Shown: in pieces, positions 39,833-50,477 of the stretch
Numbering within the stretch: position 1 is the stretch's first letter
Layout of the letters: the number at the start of each line of letters is the position of its first letter
Program-made: the position numbers and the translations under genes
Notes under the pieces: model-generated
What the model was told of the DNA's origin: nothing
What the model saw: only the letters and a program-made list of their open reading frames with translations
Databases searched by the model: none
NCBI GenBank assembly: GCA_963715985.1
Contig: CAVQSP010000021.1
Location: 32,001-96,000, forward strand
Reading direction: 5' to 3'
Length of the DNA stretch: 64,000 nt
From: an uncultured Thermoleophilia bacterium
GTDB taxonomy: Bacteria; Actinomycetota; Thermoleophilia; UBA2241

Positions 39833-41563
39833 GTGATCTGGGTGACGGCGAACCGACCCGACGAACCACCGGCGGCGGACGCCGGCCGTACTCCGGCGGC
39901 GGACGCCGGCCTGAGCCGCCGCCAGTTCGTCGGCGGGGCGGCGGCCCTGGTGGCCGGCCTTGCGCTGCCCGCAGGTCTGGCCTTCCCCGCCGGCGCAGAC
40001 GCGCGTGAGGCCGGCGGCGCGCTTGAGGCGCCGGGCAAGGGCAAGCCCTCGCGGCGCCCCAACATCATCATCCTCATGACCGACCAGGAGCGCACGCCGA
40101 TGCACTGGCCGGACGGCTGGTACGACGCCAACCTGCCCAATCGCCGGCGGCTCGCGAAGCACGGCCTTACCTTCAACCGTGCCTTCTGCGCGGCCTCGAT
40201 GTGCTCGCCGAGCCGCGCCACCATCTTCACGGGCGTGTATCCCGCCGAGCACGGCGTCAAGGAGGTGCTCCAGACCGGCACCGACCCTGACGTCATCACC
40301 CAGCACACGCTGCAACCCTCCCGCAAGAACATGGCCGACCTCCTCATCTCGGCCGGCTACGACGTCCAGTACCGCGGCAAGTGGCACATGAGCAAGGATC
40401 CCAGCGGCACGCTGCTCGTCCAGAGCCGGCACGACCTCGAGCACTACCGCTTCAAAGGGTGGCTTCCGCCGGACGCCGGCAGCGACCAGTCGGCGCCCTT
40501 CCTCGGCGGCGGCGTCGCGGACTGGGACGGGCTCACCGCCGCCCAGGCCGCCGCCTTCCTCAAGGGCGCCGACCCGCGCGCCGCGAAGCCGTTCGCCCTC
40601 ATCGTCTCGCTCGTCAACCCGCACGACATCATGGGCTACCCGCCCACGTGGGACACGCCGAGCGCCAGCGACATCTCCCCGTATGAGGGCACCGCGAACT
40701 ACCTGGACGTCTACCCCGAGTGCGTCACCCAGGGCATCGAGATGCCCTCGACCTGGAACGAGGTCCTGCGCGACACCTTCAAGCCTCACTGCCAGTACCA
40801 GTCCACCGAGATGTGGTCGGCCGGGCTGGGTCCCGTGCGCTCGCCCGAGAGGATGCGGGACTACGTCAACTTCTACGCGTACCTGCACAAGCGGTCCGAC
40901 GAGGACATGGGCACCGTGCTCGACGCGCTGGAGGGCAACAAGGGACTCTACGACCGCACCATCGTCATCCGCCTCTCCGACCACGGCGAGATGGGTCTGG
41001 CGCACGGGGGCATGCGCGAGAAGGGCTACAACGCGTACGAGGAGACCATCCATGTGCCGCTGGTGGTCGCCAACCCCAGGCTGTTCCCCAAGCCCGTGCG
41101 GACCGACGCGCTGGCCTCCACCGTGGATCTGATGCCGACACTGGCGAGTCTGGCGGACGCACCGAAGCGCGCAGACTGGACCTTCCGCGGCCGCGACCTC
41201 ACCCCCGTCATCCAGGCCGCCGTCGACCACCCGGGACGGCCGGCCGTGGGCGTGCAGGACTCCGTCGTGTTCACCACGGACGAGACCATCGGCTCGCGCC
41301 CGAGCGCGGACCCGGCCGGCCCTCTCATCAAGCAGCCGGCCCACATCCGCGCCATCCGCGAGGCGGACTGGATGTTCGCGATGTACTTCGACCCGGACGG
41401 CGTCGCCGATCCCGTCTTCGAGCTCTACGACCTGCGGGCCGACCCCGAGGAGCTGCGCAACATGGCCGCACCCGACGGCCCGTACTACGACGCCGCCAAG
41501 GTCGCCGAGATGCAGGACAAGCTCGTCGCCCGGATGCAGGAGACGCACACGACGCCGGGATGA
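39833..41563 (+). CDS. Tat-exported Cys-type sulfatase
   Basis: SRRQFVG twin-arginine motif; PNIIILMTDQ, CSPSRATIFTG, GKWH, NPHD, SDHGE. Confidence 0.92.
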   Translation: MIWVTANRPDEPPAADAGRTPAADAGLSRRQFVGGAAALVAGLALPAGLAFPAGADAREAGGALEAPGKGKPSRRPNIIILMTDQERTPMHWPDGWYDANLPNRRRLAKHGLTFNRAFCAASMCSPSRATIFTGVYPAEHGVKEVLQTGTDPDVITQHTLQPSRKNMADLLISAGYDVQYRGKWHMSKDPSGTLLVQSRHDLEHYRFKGWLPPDAGSDQSAPFLGGGVADWDGLTAAQAAAFLKGADPRAAKPFALIVSLVNPHDIMGYPPTWDTPSASDISPYEGTANYLDVYPECVTQGIEMPSTWNEVLRDTFKPHCQYQSTEMWSAGLGPVRSPERMRDYVNFYAYLHKRSDEDMGTVLDALEGNKGLYDRTIVIRLSDHGEMGLAHGGMREKGYNAYEETIHVPLVVANPRLFPKPVRTDALASTVDLMPTLASLADAPKRADWTFRGRDLTPVIQAAVDHPGRPAVGVQDSVVFTTDETIGSRPSADPAGPLIKQPAHIRAIREADWMFAMYFDPDGVADPVFELYDLRADPEELRNMAAPDGPYYDAAKVAEMQDKLVARMQETHTTPG

Positions 41564-41636
41564 GGCGGGGTGACGCGGGCGGCGCGCAGTCGTCGGCCGC
41601 GTCATCGAGGGGGCGCTGCCCCCGCGGACTGCGCGG

Positions 41637-41810
41637 TCAGCCGTTCTGCAGCGCGGTGTAGGGGATGAGCCGCTTGTCGAAGGCGGTGCCCCTGAAGAGG
41701 CTGTAGATCAGGTAGCCGTCGCTGCACACCGTGATGATGACGGCGCCGTTGAGCTGCTGCGGGTTGTTCCCCGTGAAGGGGAAGTCCGAAGTGAGGTTGA
41801 CGCTCGCCAT
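41637..41810 (-). CDS. 57-aa ORF, possibly a C-terminal gene fragment
   Basis: MASVNLTSDFPFTGNNPQQLNGAVIITVCSDGYLIYSLFRGTAFDKRLIPYTALQNG*, with host-like GC3 bias; no clear RBS. Confidence 0.4.
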   Translation of the reverse strand: MASVNLTSDFPFTGNNPQQLNGAVIITVCSDGYLIYSLFRGTAFDKRLIPYTALQNG

Positions 41811-41822
41811 GCGCGTGCTCGG

Positions 41823-41849
41823 CTACCCGCCGATCTGGCTGGGCAGGCC
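41823..41849 (-). repeat. Copy of the GRE activase 3' end (42890-42916)
   Basis: 25/27 identical including the stop; GLPSQIGG* versus GVPCQIGG*. Confidence 0.75.
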
Positions 41850-42000
41850 GGCGCGCTCCGTCTCAGGCCAGCACGGATGACGATGCTGCGCGCCTCTTGC
41901 GCACCGTCTGGCGCGGCCGTAGTGTGCGATCAGGCCATCGCGAGGTTGTCATTTGACAACCTCGCGAAGGCGGCCGATACTGAGATCGCGATGGAGCGTC

Positions 42001-42272
42001 ATGCCCAGACGGCCGCACCCGGATCCCCATGTGGAGAGCGCAGTCCGCTATGCGGAGGACCGAGGCTGGCGCGTCGAGCTGTCAGGAGCCCGAGCGACGG
42101 ATGGGGCAAGATGTTCTGCCCCTGCAATGACCCCGACTGCCGGTGCGGAGAGTTCTGCATCACCGTGATCTGGGGTACCCCGAGGCACCCGGAGAATCAC
42201 GCTCGGCAGCTCCGTCGGGTCGTGGACGGATGCATCCGAGAGCACGGTGAGAACGAGGACATCGAGGGCTGA
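42001..42272 (+). CDS. HicA-like small toxin (frameshift near 42095)
   Basis: MPRRPHPDPHVESAVRYAEDRGWRVE...WGKMFCP..D.DCRCGEFC...WGTPRHPENHARQLRR. Confidence 0.7.
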
Positions 42273-42275
42273 CCG

Positions 42276-42810
42276 TTGAGCGAGTTCGAGTTCACACTGA
42301 CGATCGCCCTCGCCTCACCTGACGCCGACGTGGACGACCTTGTCGAGAGACTGGGCGACGCCGGTTGCGACGACGCGGTGGTGGGCATCGGCCGTCGCGG
42401 ACGCCTTGCCCTGGGGTTCACGCGCGAGGCTGAGGATGCTCCTCAAGCCGTGATGGGAGCGATCGCGGACGCGGCGCGAGCGATTCCAGACGGCACGCTG
42501 GTCGAGGCTGCCCCAGACTACGTCGGGCTGTCCGACATCGCTTCACTCCTGCACGTGTCTCGCCAGAACATGCGCAAGATGCTCGTGCTGGGTGATGCCT
42601 TTGCTCTCCAGCCGCTTCACGTAGGCCACCCCACGATCTGGCGACTGGCGAAGGTCCTCCAGTATCTACGGGATGAGAGGGCCTACGCCGTGCCGCCGGG
42701 GCTCGTCGACGTGGCGCTCATCACCATGCAAGTGAACATCGCCGTTGACGCACGTCACGCCGATCGTGGCATACAGAGAGCGATGTCCGGTCTCCTCGGT
42801 GTCCCAGGCG
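42276..42810 (+). CDS. HicB-like antitoxin with HTH; native stop not visible (frame reads through to 43253)
   Basis: EFTLTIAL, GCDDAVVG, FTREA, PDYVGLSDIASLLHVSRQNMRK. Confidence 0.7.
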
Positions 42811-42889
42811 CTCCGGGCAAGCATGCCCAGTGGCGGCACGCGACGCGCAACGCGCGCCGTAGGCGTCCCGCTCCGGTGGGCCGGCGCCC

Positions 42890-43822
42890 CTACCCGCCGA
42901 TCTGGCAGGGCACGCCCTCGTGTTCGACCACGTCGGCGAGGGCGCGCAGGGCCTCGGCGCTCGGTGGCTCGAGGTCCTCGAGGTCGTACTCGCGGCCGAG
43001 GCGGCGGTACTTGTCCAGGCCGAGGCGGTGGTACGGGAGCAGCTCGACGCGCTCGGCGAGGGGGCCGGCGGCCACGAAGGCGGCGATGCCGCGGACGTTC
43101 TCCGCCGAGTCCGTGAAGCCGGGGACGACGGGGATGCGCACGATGATGCGGGCGCCGGTCGCGGCGAGGTGCTCGAGGTTGGCGAGGATCGTCGCGTTGT
43201 CCACGCCGGTCAGGCGCTCGTGCTCGGCCGGGTCGATGGCCTTGAGGTCGTAGTAGAAGAGGTCCGTACCTGGCCCCAGGCGCGCGAGCTCGGGCCAGGG
43301 GCCGTGGCCGCAGGTCTCTACCGCAGTGTGGATGCCCTCCTTGCGGCACAGCGCCAGCAACTGCTCGGCGAAGCCGGCCCACAGCATCACTTCGCCGCCG
43401 CCGAGCGTGACGCCGCCGCCCGACCTGCGGTAGAAGGCGGCGTCCTGGCGGATCTCGTCCATCAGCTCGGGCAGCGTCACGCTGCGCCCCAGCATCATCC
43501 GCGCGTCGGCGAAGCACACCTCGCGGCACTCGCCGCAGTCGGTGCAGCGCTCGCGGTCGGTCTCCGGGCGGCCGCCGGCGCTGGCGATCACGGCCGCCTG
43601 CGGGCAGCGCTCCACACATGCGAGGCAGCACAGGCAGCGGTTGTCGAAGTACACCATCTGCCCGCTGGGCGCGTGCGACTCCGGGTTGCTGCACCACAGG
43701 CAGCGGAGCGGGCAGCCCTTGAAGAAGACCAGCGTGCGGATGCCCGGCCCGTCGTGTACGGCGAACTTCTGGACGTCGAAGACGACGGCCACGTCCGCGG
43801 CGACGGTCCGGGCGGAGCTCAC
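42890..43822 (-). CDS. Glycyl-radical enzyme activating enzyme (radical SAM with ferredoxin insert)
   Basis: HDGPGIRT, GCPLRCLWCSNPE, CLCCLACVERC, CTDCGECREVC, GGVTLGGGE, LLPYH. Confidence 0.95.
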   Translation of the reverse strand: MSSARTVAADVAVVFDVQKFAVHDGPGIRTLVFFKGCPLRCLWCSNPESHAPSGQMVYFDNRCLCCLACVERCPQAAVIASAGGRPETDRERCTDCGECREVCFADARMMLGRSVTLPELMDEIRQDAAFYRRSGGGVTLGGGEVMLWAGFAEQLLALCRKEGIHTAVETCGHGPWPELARLGPGTDLFYYDLKAIDPAEHERLTGVDNATILANLEHLAATGARIIVRIPVVPGFTDSAENVRGIAAFVAAGPLAERVELLPYHRLGLDKYRRLGREYDLEDLEPPSAEALRALADVVEHEGVPCQIGG

Positions 43823-46268
43823 CCCTGCCAGCTTGCGTGCTCCGTGCGGGCGATGATGTCGTCCTGCATCTCGCGGCAGAGGTCGGCGAAGAAGGCGCTG
43901 TAGCCGGCCACGCGGACCATGAGGCCCTGGAACTCCTCCGGGCGCTCCTGGGCGGCGCGCAGGGTGGCGCCCGTCACGACGTTGAACTGGATGTGGTAGC
44001 CGCCCAGGTCGAAGAACCCGCGGATGAGGGCGGCAAGGTTGTCGAGGCCGCGGTCGTCGCTGACGAGCTCCGGGTTCAGCTTGACGTTGAGCAGGGTGCC
44101 GGCCGTGTGGCGTTCGTGGTGGATGGCGGCCACCGACTTGATGCTGGCCGTGGGTCCGCGCTTGTCGTAGCCGTGGAACGGCGAGCAGCCGTCGGCGAGC
44201 GGCGTCCAGGCGCGGCGGCCTGACGGCAGCGCGCCCACCACCTTGCCGTGCGGCACGTGCGACGAGACGGGGTAGAGGCCGTTGATCGTCGCGCAGCCGA
44301 GCAGGCCGCGGTACGACTCGACTTCGTCGGCGACGAAGTCGGTGAACTCCGTGGCCAGCGCGTCCACGTCGGCGACGTCGTTGCCGTACTTGGGTGCGCG
44401 GTTGACCAGCATCGCGTGCACGCGTCCGTCGTGCGCGAAGTCGGTGCGCAGCGTCTCGACGAGCTCGTCCATGCTGACGGCGTGCTCGTCGAACACGAGC
44501 TTCCTTACAGCGGCGAGCGAGTCAACGAGGTCGGCCACTCCGGTGCCGATGAAGGCGGGGCCGGCGTTGTACAGGGCCCCGCCGTCGATCATGTCGCGGC
44601 CACTCTCCACGCAGCCTTCGACCAGGGCCGACGAGAGCGGCTTGGGCAGGAAGATGGCGTGGCCTTTCTGCGCCACCAGGTTGGCGACGGCGATGTGGCG
44701 GATGAAGAAGCGCAGCTGCTCTTTGACCGCCTCTTTGAACTCGTCGAAGTCGGCGAAGGATGAGGCCGGCGGCGTCTCTGCTCCCAGTACCTGGCCGTCG
44801 GCCCAGTTGCGACCGCCGTCGAGGGCGAACTGCACGGCGGCCCCGAAGTTGTAGTGGCCGCCGTCCGACCACTGGCTCATCTTGCCGTGGATGTTGGGCT
44901 CCACGCAGCCGACCATGCAGTAGTCGGCGAGGTCGTGCTCGGGGATGCCTTTGCGGCGCATCATCGCGATGGTCGTGTCAACGCTGTGCAGGGCGGGGAA
45001 GCCGGTGCCCAGGCGGATCAGTCTGCAGATGTGACGCAGGAACTCGGGCGGGGTGCCGTCGTGGATGAAGGCCGAGAGCGACGGCTGGTGCAGGCGCACG
45101 TCCATGGACGCCTGCACGATGAGGTACGAGAGCTCGTTGGTGGCGTCGGAGCCGTCGGCGTTGGTACCCCCGGCGCTGAGGTTCTGGAAGGGCATGTAGC
45201 CGGCGAAGTACTTGGTCGCGTTCTCGTTGAGGATCCAGGTCATGCCGGCCATCTTCACCCACAGGCACTCGAGCAGCTCCAGCGCCTCGTCCCGGGTCAG
45301 CCGACCGGCCTCGAGGTCGGCCCGGTAGAACGGGCTCGAGGTAGTGGTCCATCCGGCCCGGGGAGTAGGAGGGGCCGTTCTCTTCGAGCAGCAGCATGAC
45401 CTGCGCGAACCAGATGAGCTGCAGGGCCTCGCGGAAGGTGGCGGGCGGCTCGGTGCCGACCCTGCGGCATACGGCCGCGATCTCGCGCAGTTCGGCCGCG
45501 CGCCGGGGCGAGGCCGGCGTGCCGTCGGCGGCCGGCCGCTCGGCATCTTCTGCCAGCCGCTCGGCTTCGCCGGCGTAGCGGCCGGCCAGCACGTCCGCGG
45601 CCTCGCAGACGACCACGACCGACTCCAGAAAGCGGAGGCTGTCGTAGTCGTCCGGGTCCGCCGCGTCCAGCGCGGCGATGCGCTCGCGGGCGGAGGCGGC
45701 GATGCCGCCGAAGCCTTTCTTCATGAGGATGTTGCCGTAGCCGGGGCTGAACTCGCCGGGGCCGTTCTGGGACTTCAGCTCGATGTCGATGATGCCGGTG
45801 TCCACGGCGATGCGCTTCGTGTCCTCGGGCAGATTGGCGAGGTAGTACTCCTCCATGGACCGCCCGACCCAGTACGGGAAGACCTCGTCGCGGAGCACAC
45901 GCTTCTGCTCCTCGGTGATGTCGTAGGGGTCCTGCTCGCGGGTGGCGATGGTGTCCAGCTCGGCCTCCAGCCAGCGCCACGAGATCTCGGGGCAGATGAC
46001 GGCGCCGCGCGGCTGGAAGGCGGGCATGCCGACGATGAGCTCGTCGGGGAGGATGGTGACGGACTTCTCCGCGCATACGCGCTTGAGGGCCGCGGCGCGG
46101 CGCACGTCCCGTGGCGAGTCCCTCGGTCTCCTGATAGGCCCGCGTGTACGCGAGGGCGCGCTCGACGCAGATCGCGGGACGGAACGTGAAGTAGTGCTCG
46201 CGCAGGCGCGCGACCCGGTCGGTGCACGGGCCCGGCTCGCGCTCGGTCTCCCAGGCCACCATCGCCAT
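43819..46268 (-). CDS. Glycyl radical enzyme, CutC-like eliminase (frameshifts near 46110 and 45330)
   Basis: ICVERA, PEISW, GRMDHYL, FAGYMPF, GCVEP, LMVRVAGYSA; ggaggtg RBS. Confidence 0.9.
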
Positions 46269-46449
46269 TGGCGTCACCTCTCCGTTTGGGCCGGCGTCTC
46301 GGCCGGCGAGGCTGTTCGTGGGCCGGCGGCTCGTCGCGGCGCCGGTGAAGCTGCTCACGCCGGCATCTGCCGGGTCTTCTCCACCGATAGTAGAGGACTC
46401 CGCGCCCGGCGTCGACGATTCGAGTGTGGCCGGCCACAGAGGTGGCGGC

Positions 46450-46596
46450 GCCCGCCCGTTCGCCGCCCGCCAGCCCGCGTCCGCCGCCGCCAGCCGCCGC
46501 CAGCCGCCGCCCGCGAGCCCGCCGCCCGAAGCCCGCCGCCCGCGAGCCCGCCGCCCGCGAGCCCGCCGCCCGCCGGAGCCCGCCGCCCGCGCAGCC
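46450..46596. repeat. Low-complexity ~15-bp tandem repeat upstream of the GRE gene
   Basis: (gcccgccgcccgcga)n. Confidence 0.8.
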
Positions 46597-46851
46597 CACG
46601 GCTGCCGGGGGCATGATTCGACTCTCGGTTTCAAGCAAGAGCACCGTTGGGCGTACGCTCAATTGAAACAGCGGATCGGAACGCTCCCGCCGGCTGGGAT
46701 GTCGTGAGCGCGAGGCCGGGCGATGGTGCGCGCAGGGCCAGGCGATGGTGCGCGCGAGGCCGGGCCGTCGGTGGGCGCTGCAGCCGGCCGAGCCGCCGAC
46801 CGAGCCGCCGGCCTGAGTCCTGGGCGGCCGTGCAGGCCGTGACGAGCGTCG

Positions 46852-47612
46852 TCAGATGACCGTGCGGCCGCCATCCACCATGAGCGTGTGGCCGACCACC
46901 ATGCCGGCGGCGTCCGAGGCCAGGTACACGGCCGCGCCAACGATCTCCGGCGGCTGCCCCACGCGGCCCACCGGCAGCGCGTCCAGGATCCAGGTGCGGT
47001 ACTCCTCGGTATCCAGGTACGGCGCGATCATGGGCGTGTCGAAGTCGCAGGGAGCGATGGCGTTGACGTTGATGCCGTGCTTGATCCAGTCGACGGCCAG
47101 CACACGCGTGAGCTGGTTCACCGCGCCCTTGCTGGCGCAGTACGCGGGCTGGTTGGGCACGCCGAGGTAGGCGTCGGTGGAGCTGAAGTTGATGATCTTG
47201 CCCGAACCCTGGGCGATCATCAGGCGGCCGACGGCGCGACACATGAAGAAGGTGCCGTTAAGGTTCGTGTTCATCACGCGCTGCCATTCGGCGTCACTGA
47301 GGTCCTCCGCCGGCCCGGTGAGGAAGACGCCGGCCGCGTTGACGAGGATGTCGATGCGGCCGAGATGCTCGGTGCGCGGCCGCCACTGCCGTCTGCACGG
47401 CGGCCGCGTCGCTCACGTCGCAGGGGAAGAACCTGGCGCGCGGGCCCAGCCGCTCCGCGGCCTCCCTCCCGCGCTCCTCGTTACGACTCGGCGATGGCCA
47501 CGTCCACGCCGAGCGTGACGTAGCCTCGGGCGATCGCGTATCCGAGGCCCGTCGCGCCGCCCGTGATGAGCGCCTTCTTGCCCTCGAGCGAGAACATCCG
47601 CGTGTAGTCCAT
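46852..47612 (-). CDS. Short-chain dehydrogenase/reductase (several frameshifts)
   Basis: ITGGATGLG, ILVNAAG, NTNLNG, YCASKG, VNAIAP, VDGG. Confidence 0.85.
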
Positions 47613-47664
47613 GTCGCCCCCCTCTGGTGTGCGAGAAGGCCCCAGTATCGGCCTCCGGCAGCGG

Positions 47665-48046
47665 GCGTGGCAAGGTGATCGTCGTGCACACGGAAGGCCG
47701 CAAGGCGGACCTCGCCCGTATCTACTCGCGGCGCTGGTTCTCGCAGCCTCCCCTCGTCCTGGCGGTGGTCTCCCTCCCCGGCGCCGCGTGGCGAAGGGTC
47801 GACGACAAGCCCTACGACGAGGTCGACGCGACGATCGCGATGGATCACATCATCCTCGCGGCCACCAGCCTCGGACTGGGCACGTGCTGGGTGGCCGACT
47901 TCGACCCGGTCGCCGCGCGTCAGGTGCTCGGGTTGCCGGACGACGTGGAGCCCGTCGCCTTCACCCCGCTCGGTCACCCTGCCCGCGAGGCTCCGCGCAA
48001 GCGCCGTCGGCCCCTCGAGCAGCTCGTGCGCTACGAGCGCTGGTAG
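47665..48046 (+). pseudogene. N-terminally truncated nitroreductase
   Basis: DATIAMDHIILAATSLGLGTCW present; RRS.R and APS motifs absent, with no room for them before the SDR start. Confidence 0.7.
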
Positions 48047-48054
48047 GACGCGGC

Positions 48055-48351
48055 TCAGCCGCGATCGATCTCCTCCAGGTGCCGCTCCCCGGGTTCGCCG
48101 CCCAGCATGGGGGCCAGCATCTCCATGAACCCGGTCTCGGTACGCCAGGCGTCGTAGGTGAGGTAGTGCTCGAGCGTCTCCCAGCGCTCCACGATAGAGA
48201 CCATCGCGGCGTCATCGTGGTCGCCGCACAGAGACGCCCCCCGGCAGCCCGCGAACGCGCGCGTGTCCTTGAGCGCCGTCCGCAGCGCGGCGACGAGCTC
48301 GTCCTTGCTCTGCGGCTTCGCCGGCAGATCGACGATCACGATCGCACCCAC
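48055..48351 (-). CDS. Antibiotic biosynthesis monooxygenase (ABM) domain protein
   Basis: DTRAFAGC, IVERWETLEHYLTY.AWR.ETG. Confidence 0.82.
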   Translation of the reverse strand: MGAIVIVDLPAKPQSKDELVAALRTALKDTRAFAGCRGASLCGDHDDAAMVSIVERWETLEHYLTYDAWRTETGFMEMLAPMLGGEPGERHLEEIDRG

Positions 48352-48603
48352 AGCACACCTCCCGGTTCCTCGTCCGCCGGCGCGGCCATGGCTCAGCGCC
48401 GGCGTCGTCCATCCTGGCAACGCGACGTCGCCATGGTAGACGCGCGTGCCGGGCTCGTACAGAGCGAGGCATGAGACCGCGAGCGCGTCTCCAATCCTGT
48501 CAACATGGGCGTTCGTTCCATGCAGAGTCGGGCGCTGCGGCCGACTCTTCTAGATGTCACAAGCCCCCGCCGGCACCGGCCGACTCGTTCCGGGAGGTCG
48601 CTC

Positions 48604-49143
48604 ATGCAAGTGCTCATCGCCCACAGAGACGCGCGAGTCAGAGCGTCGCTCACGAAGGCGATAACGGGCGGGCTCGACTCAGATCTCGACGTCGTGGAGC
48701 GCGACAGGGGCACCGCGGCGCTCGAGCTCCTCCTTCAAGAGAACGCGCCTCGGCTCGCCGTCGTCGACTGGGACCTGCCCGGGCTCGACGGCCCGGAGCT
48801 CTGCCGCATCGTGCGCGACTTCCACCTCGGCGGCCCTCCCTACGTCGTACTACTCGCCTCCGCGGATCATCCAGACGTGGAGGAGGGGCTTCTCGCCGGG
48901 GCCAACGACTGCATCCGCACCCCGGCCCGTGCCTCGGAGATCAAGGAGCGCGTGGAGGCCGGCAGGAGCTTCATCGAGGTGCCGTGGGAGTGCGCCTCCC
49001 GCAACTTGGGCCTCGAGGCGGTCATCGCGCACGACGACGAGGACGAAGCGTGGGGCGGGCCCGCGGGCGGCTCGGCCGGCGCGGGCTCGGGGTCTTCGTC
49101 GCCGGCCAGGGCCGAGCTGCAGGCGGTGCTGCACCAGCTGTGA
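48604..49143 (+). CDS. Stand-alone receiver-domain protein
   Basis: gggagg RBS; AVVDWDLPGLDGPELCR, GLLAGAND. Confidence 0.8.
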   Translation: MQVLIAHRDARVRASLTKAITGGLDSDLDVVERDRGTAALELLLQENAPRLAVVDWDLPGLDGPELCRIVRDFHLGGPPYVVLLASADHPDVEEGLLAGANDCIRTPARASEIKERVEAGRSFIEVPWECASRNLGLEAVIAHDDEDEAWGGPAGGSAGAGSGSSSPARAELQAVLHQL

Positions 49144-49169
49144 GCCTGGCCTCGTGCCCCGGTGCGTGA

Positions 49170-49197
49170 CGCGAAGCCGCCTTCGGGCGGCTTCTGC
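49170..49197 (+). terminator. UUCG hairpin; near-identical to 55171-55198
   Basis: cgcgaagccgcc-ttcg-ggcggcttctgc; 27/28 identity. Confidence 0.65.
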
Positions 49198-49506
49198 GTG
49201 ATGCTGTCTCATCGTCACCCGAGTGGACCGTCCGCAACGACCGCATCTGCACGCCGGCGGGCGAGCCGCTCCTCACTCCTGGGGCCATGGCTCGCGCGGG
49301 GTGGAATCCGATCATGCTGACAGCGGTGCTCTTCCTCGTCGTGACCCTGCTCGTGTTCGTTGCGGCGACCGTCGTCGCCAGGATTGGCAACGGCCCCCCG
49401 GGGGGAATGCCCCGCGCAAGCGGTCGACATGACGGCCGCCGGGGAAGAAGCTACGCTGGAGCCTGACCGGCGCCACGCTGGATCAGAAGACGCGAGGGAG
49501 CGAGCG

Positions 49507-50469
49507 TTGACCGACCACATCCTCACCGACCTCTCCCCGGCGGCCCTCGCCGCCGCCGTCCGGGCCAACCTGTACAGCTACTTCCGTCGCGCCGAGGCCT
49601 CCTCAGCAATGGACTTCGCGCGATTCGACGGGTTCGAACGCTGGGCGAGCGAGCACCCGTACGTTCTGCTCAACGGCGCGCTGTCGGTCCGCGACGCGAC
49701 GGAGGGTGACGCTTGCGACATCGATGTCACGCTGGAGTACTTCAGGGAGGCGCGCAAGACGGCGATGACGTGGTGGCTTGAGGACGGCGTGGCGCTCGAA
49801 GGCTGGCGGCGCCTGCTGACCGAGCGTGGGTTCATGCACCTGGCCGGACGTCACGGCATGGCCCTGGACCTCGACGCGCTGCCGGACACCGTGTCGCTGC
49901 CCGACGGCGCCTCAGTGGGCAGGGCCACACACGCGGACAACCTGCGTCCGTGGGCCCGCATCGTCACCAGGGTGCTCGGGTGGTACCTCGAGTCCGAACG
50001 GGCGACGTTCGAGTGGGCGGCGAGCTTCGGGGTGCTGCTGCCGACGCTCAACTACCTGGCCTACTTCCGCGGCAGACCGGTCGGGGCCTCGACCGTGCAC
50101 TTCGGCGCCGGCGTCGCCGGCGTGTACAACGTGTGCGTGGAGCCGCAAGCGCGCCGCCACGGGCTGGGAGCCGCGCTCGTGGTCGCGTCCCTGCTCGAGG
50201 CACGCGAGCTCGGCTACCGGGCGGCTGTCGTCGCGCCCTCCGACGCGGGCCTGCCGCTCTTCGAGCACCTCGGCTTTCGCCGGCAGTGCCGGGTGGACTA
50301 CTTCTTCCTCGGGCTGTCGGACTCGGCGCACCCCACGCAGTCGCCCATCTGTGACGCCCAGGCCCGACTGGCCGGCACGAAGATGGGCACCACGTCGTCG
50401 CTGAGCGAGCCGCGCCAGCCGGGTGGAGCCTGCGGCTCGGAGAGGCGACGGCACTGGGTGCCGTGGTGA
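49507..50469 (+). CDS. GNAT-family N-acetyltransferase
   Basis: gagggag RBS + TTG; AGVYNVCVEPQARRHGLG, GLPLFEHLGF. Confidence 0.85.
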   Translation: MTDHILTDLSPAALAAAVRANLYSYFRRAEASSAMDFARFDGFERWASEHPYVLLNGALSVRDATEGDACDIDVTLEYFREARKTAMTWWLEDGVALEGWRRLLTERGFMHLAGRHGMALDLDALPDTVSLPDGASVGRATHADNLRPWARIVTRVLGWYLESERATFEWAASFGVLLPTLNYLAYFRGRPVGASTVHFGAGVAGVYNVCVEPQARRHGLGAALVVASLLEARELGYRAAVVAPSDAGLPLFEHLGFRRQCRVDYFFLGLSDSAHPTQSPICDAQARLAGTKMGTTSSLSEPRQPGGACGSERRRHWVPW

Positions 50470-50477
50470 GCTGAGCG

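Noticed and set aside
46450-46596. GC-rich tandem repeats (also 6840-6889 and 23852-23968) as functional arrays
   Set aside because: Low-complexity repeats with no unique spacers; consistent with slippage.
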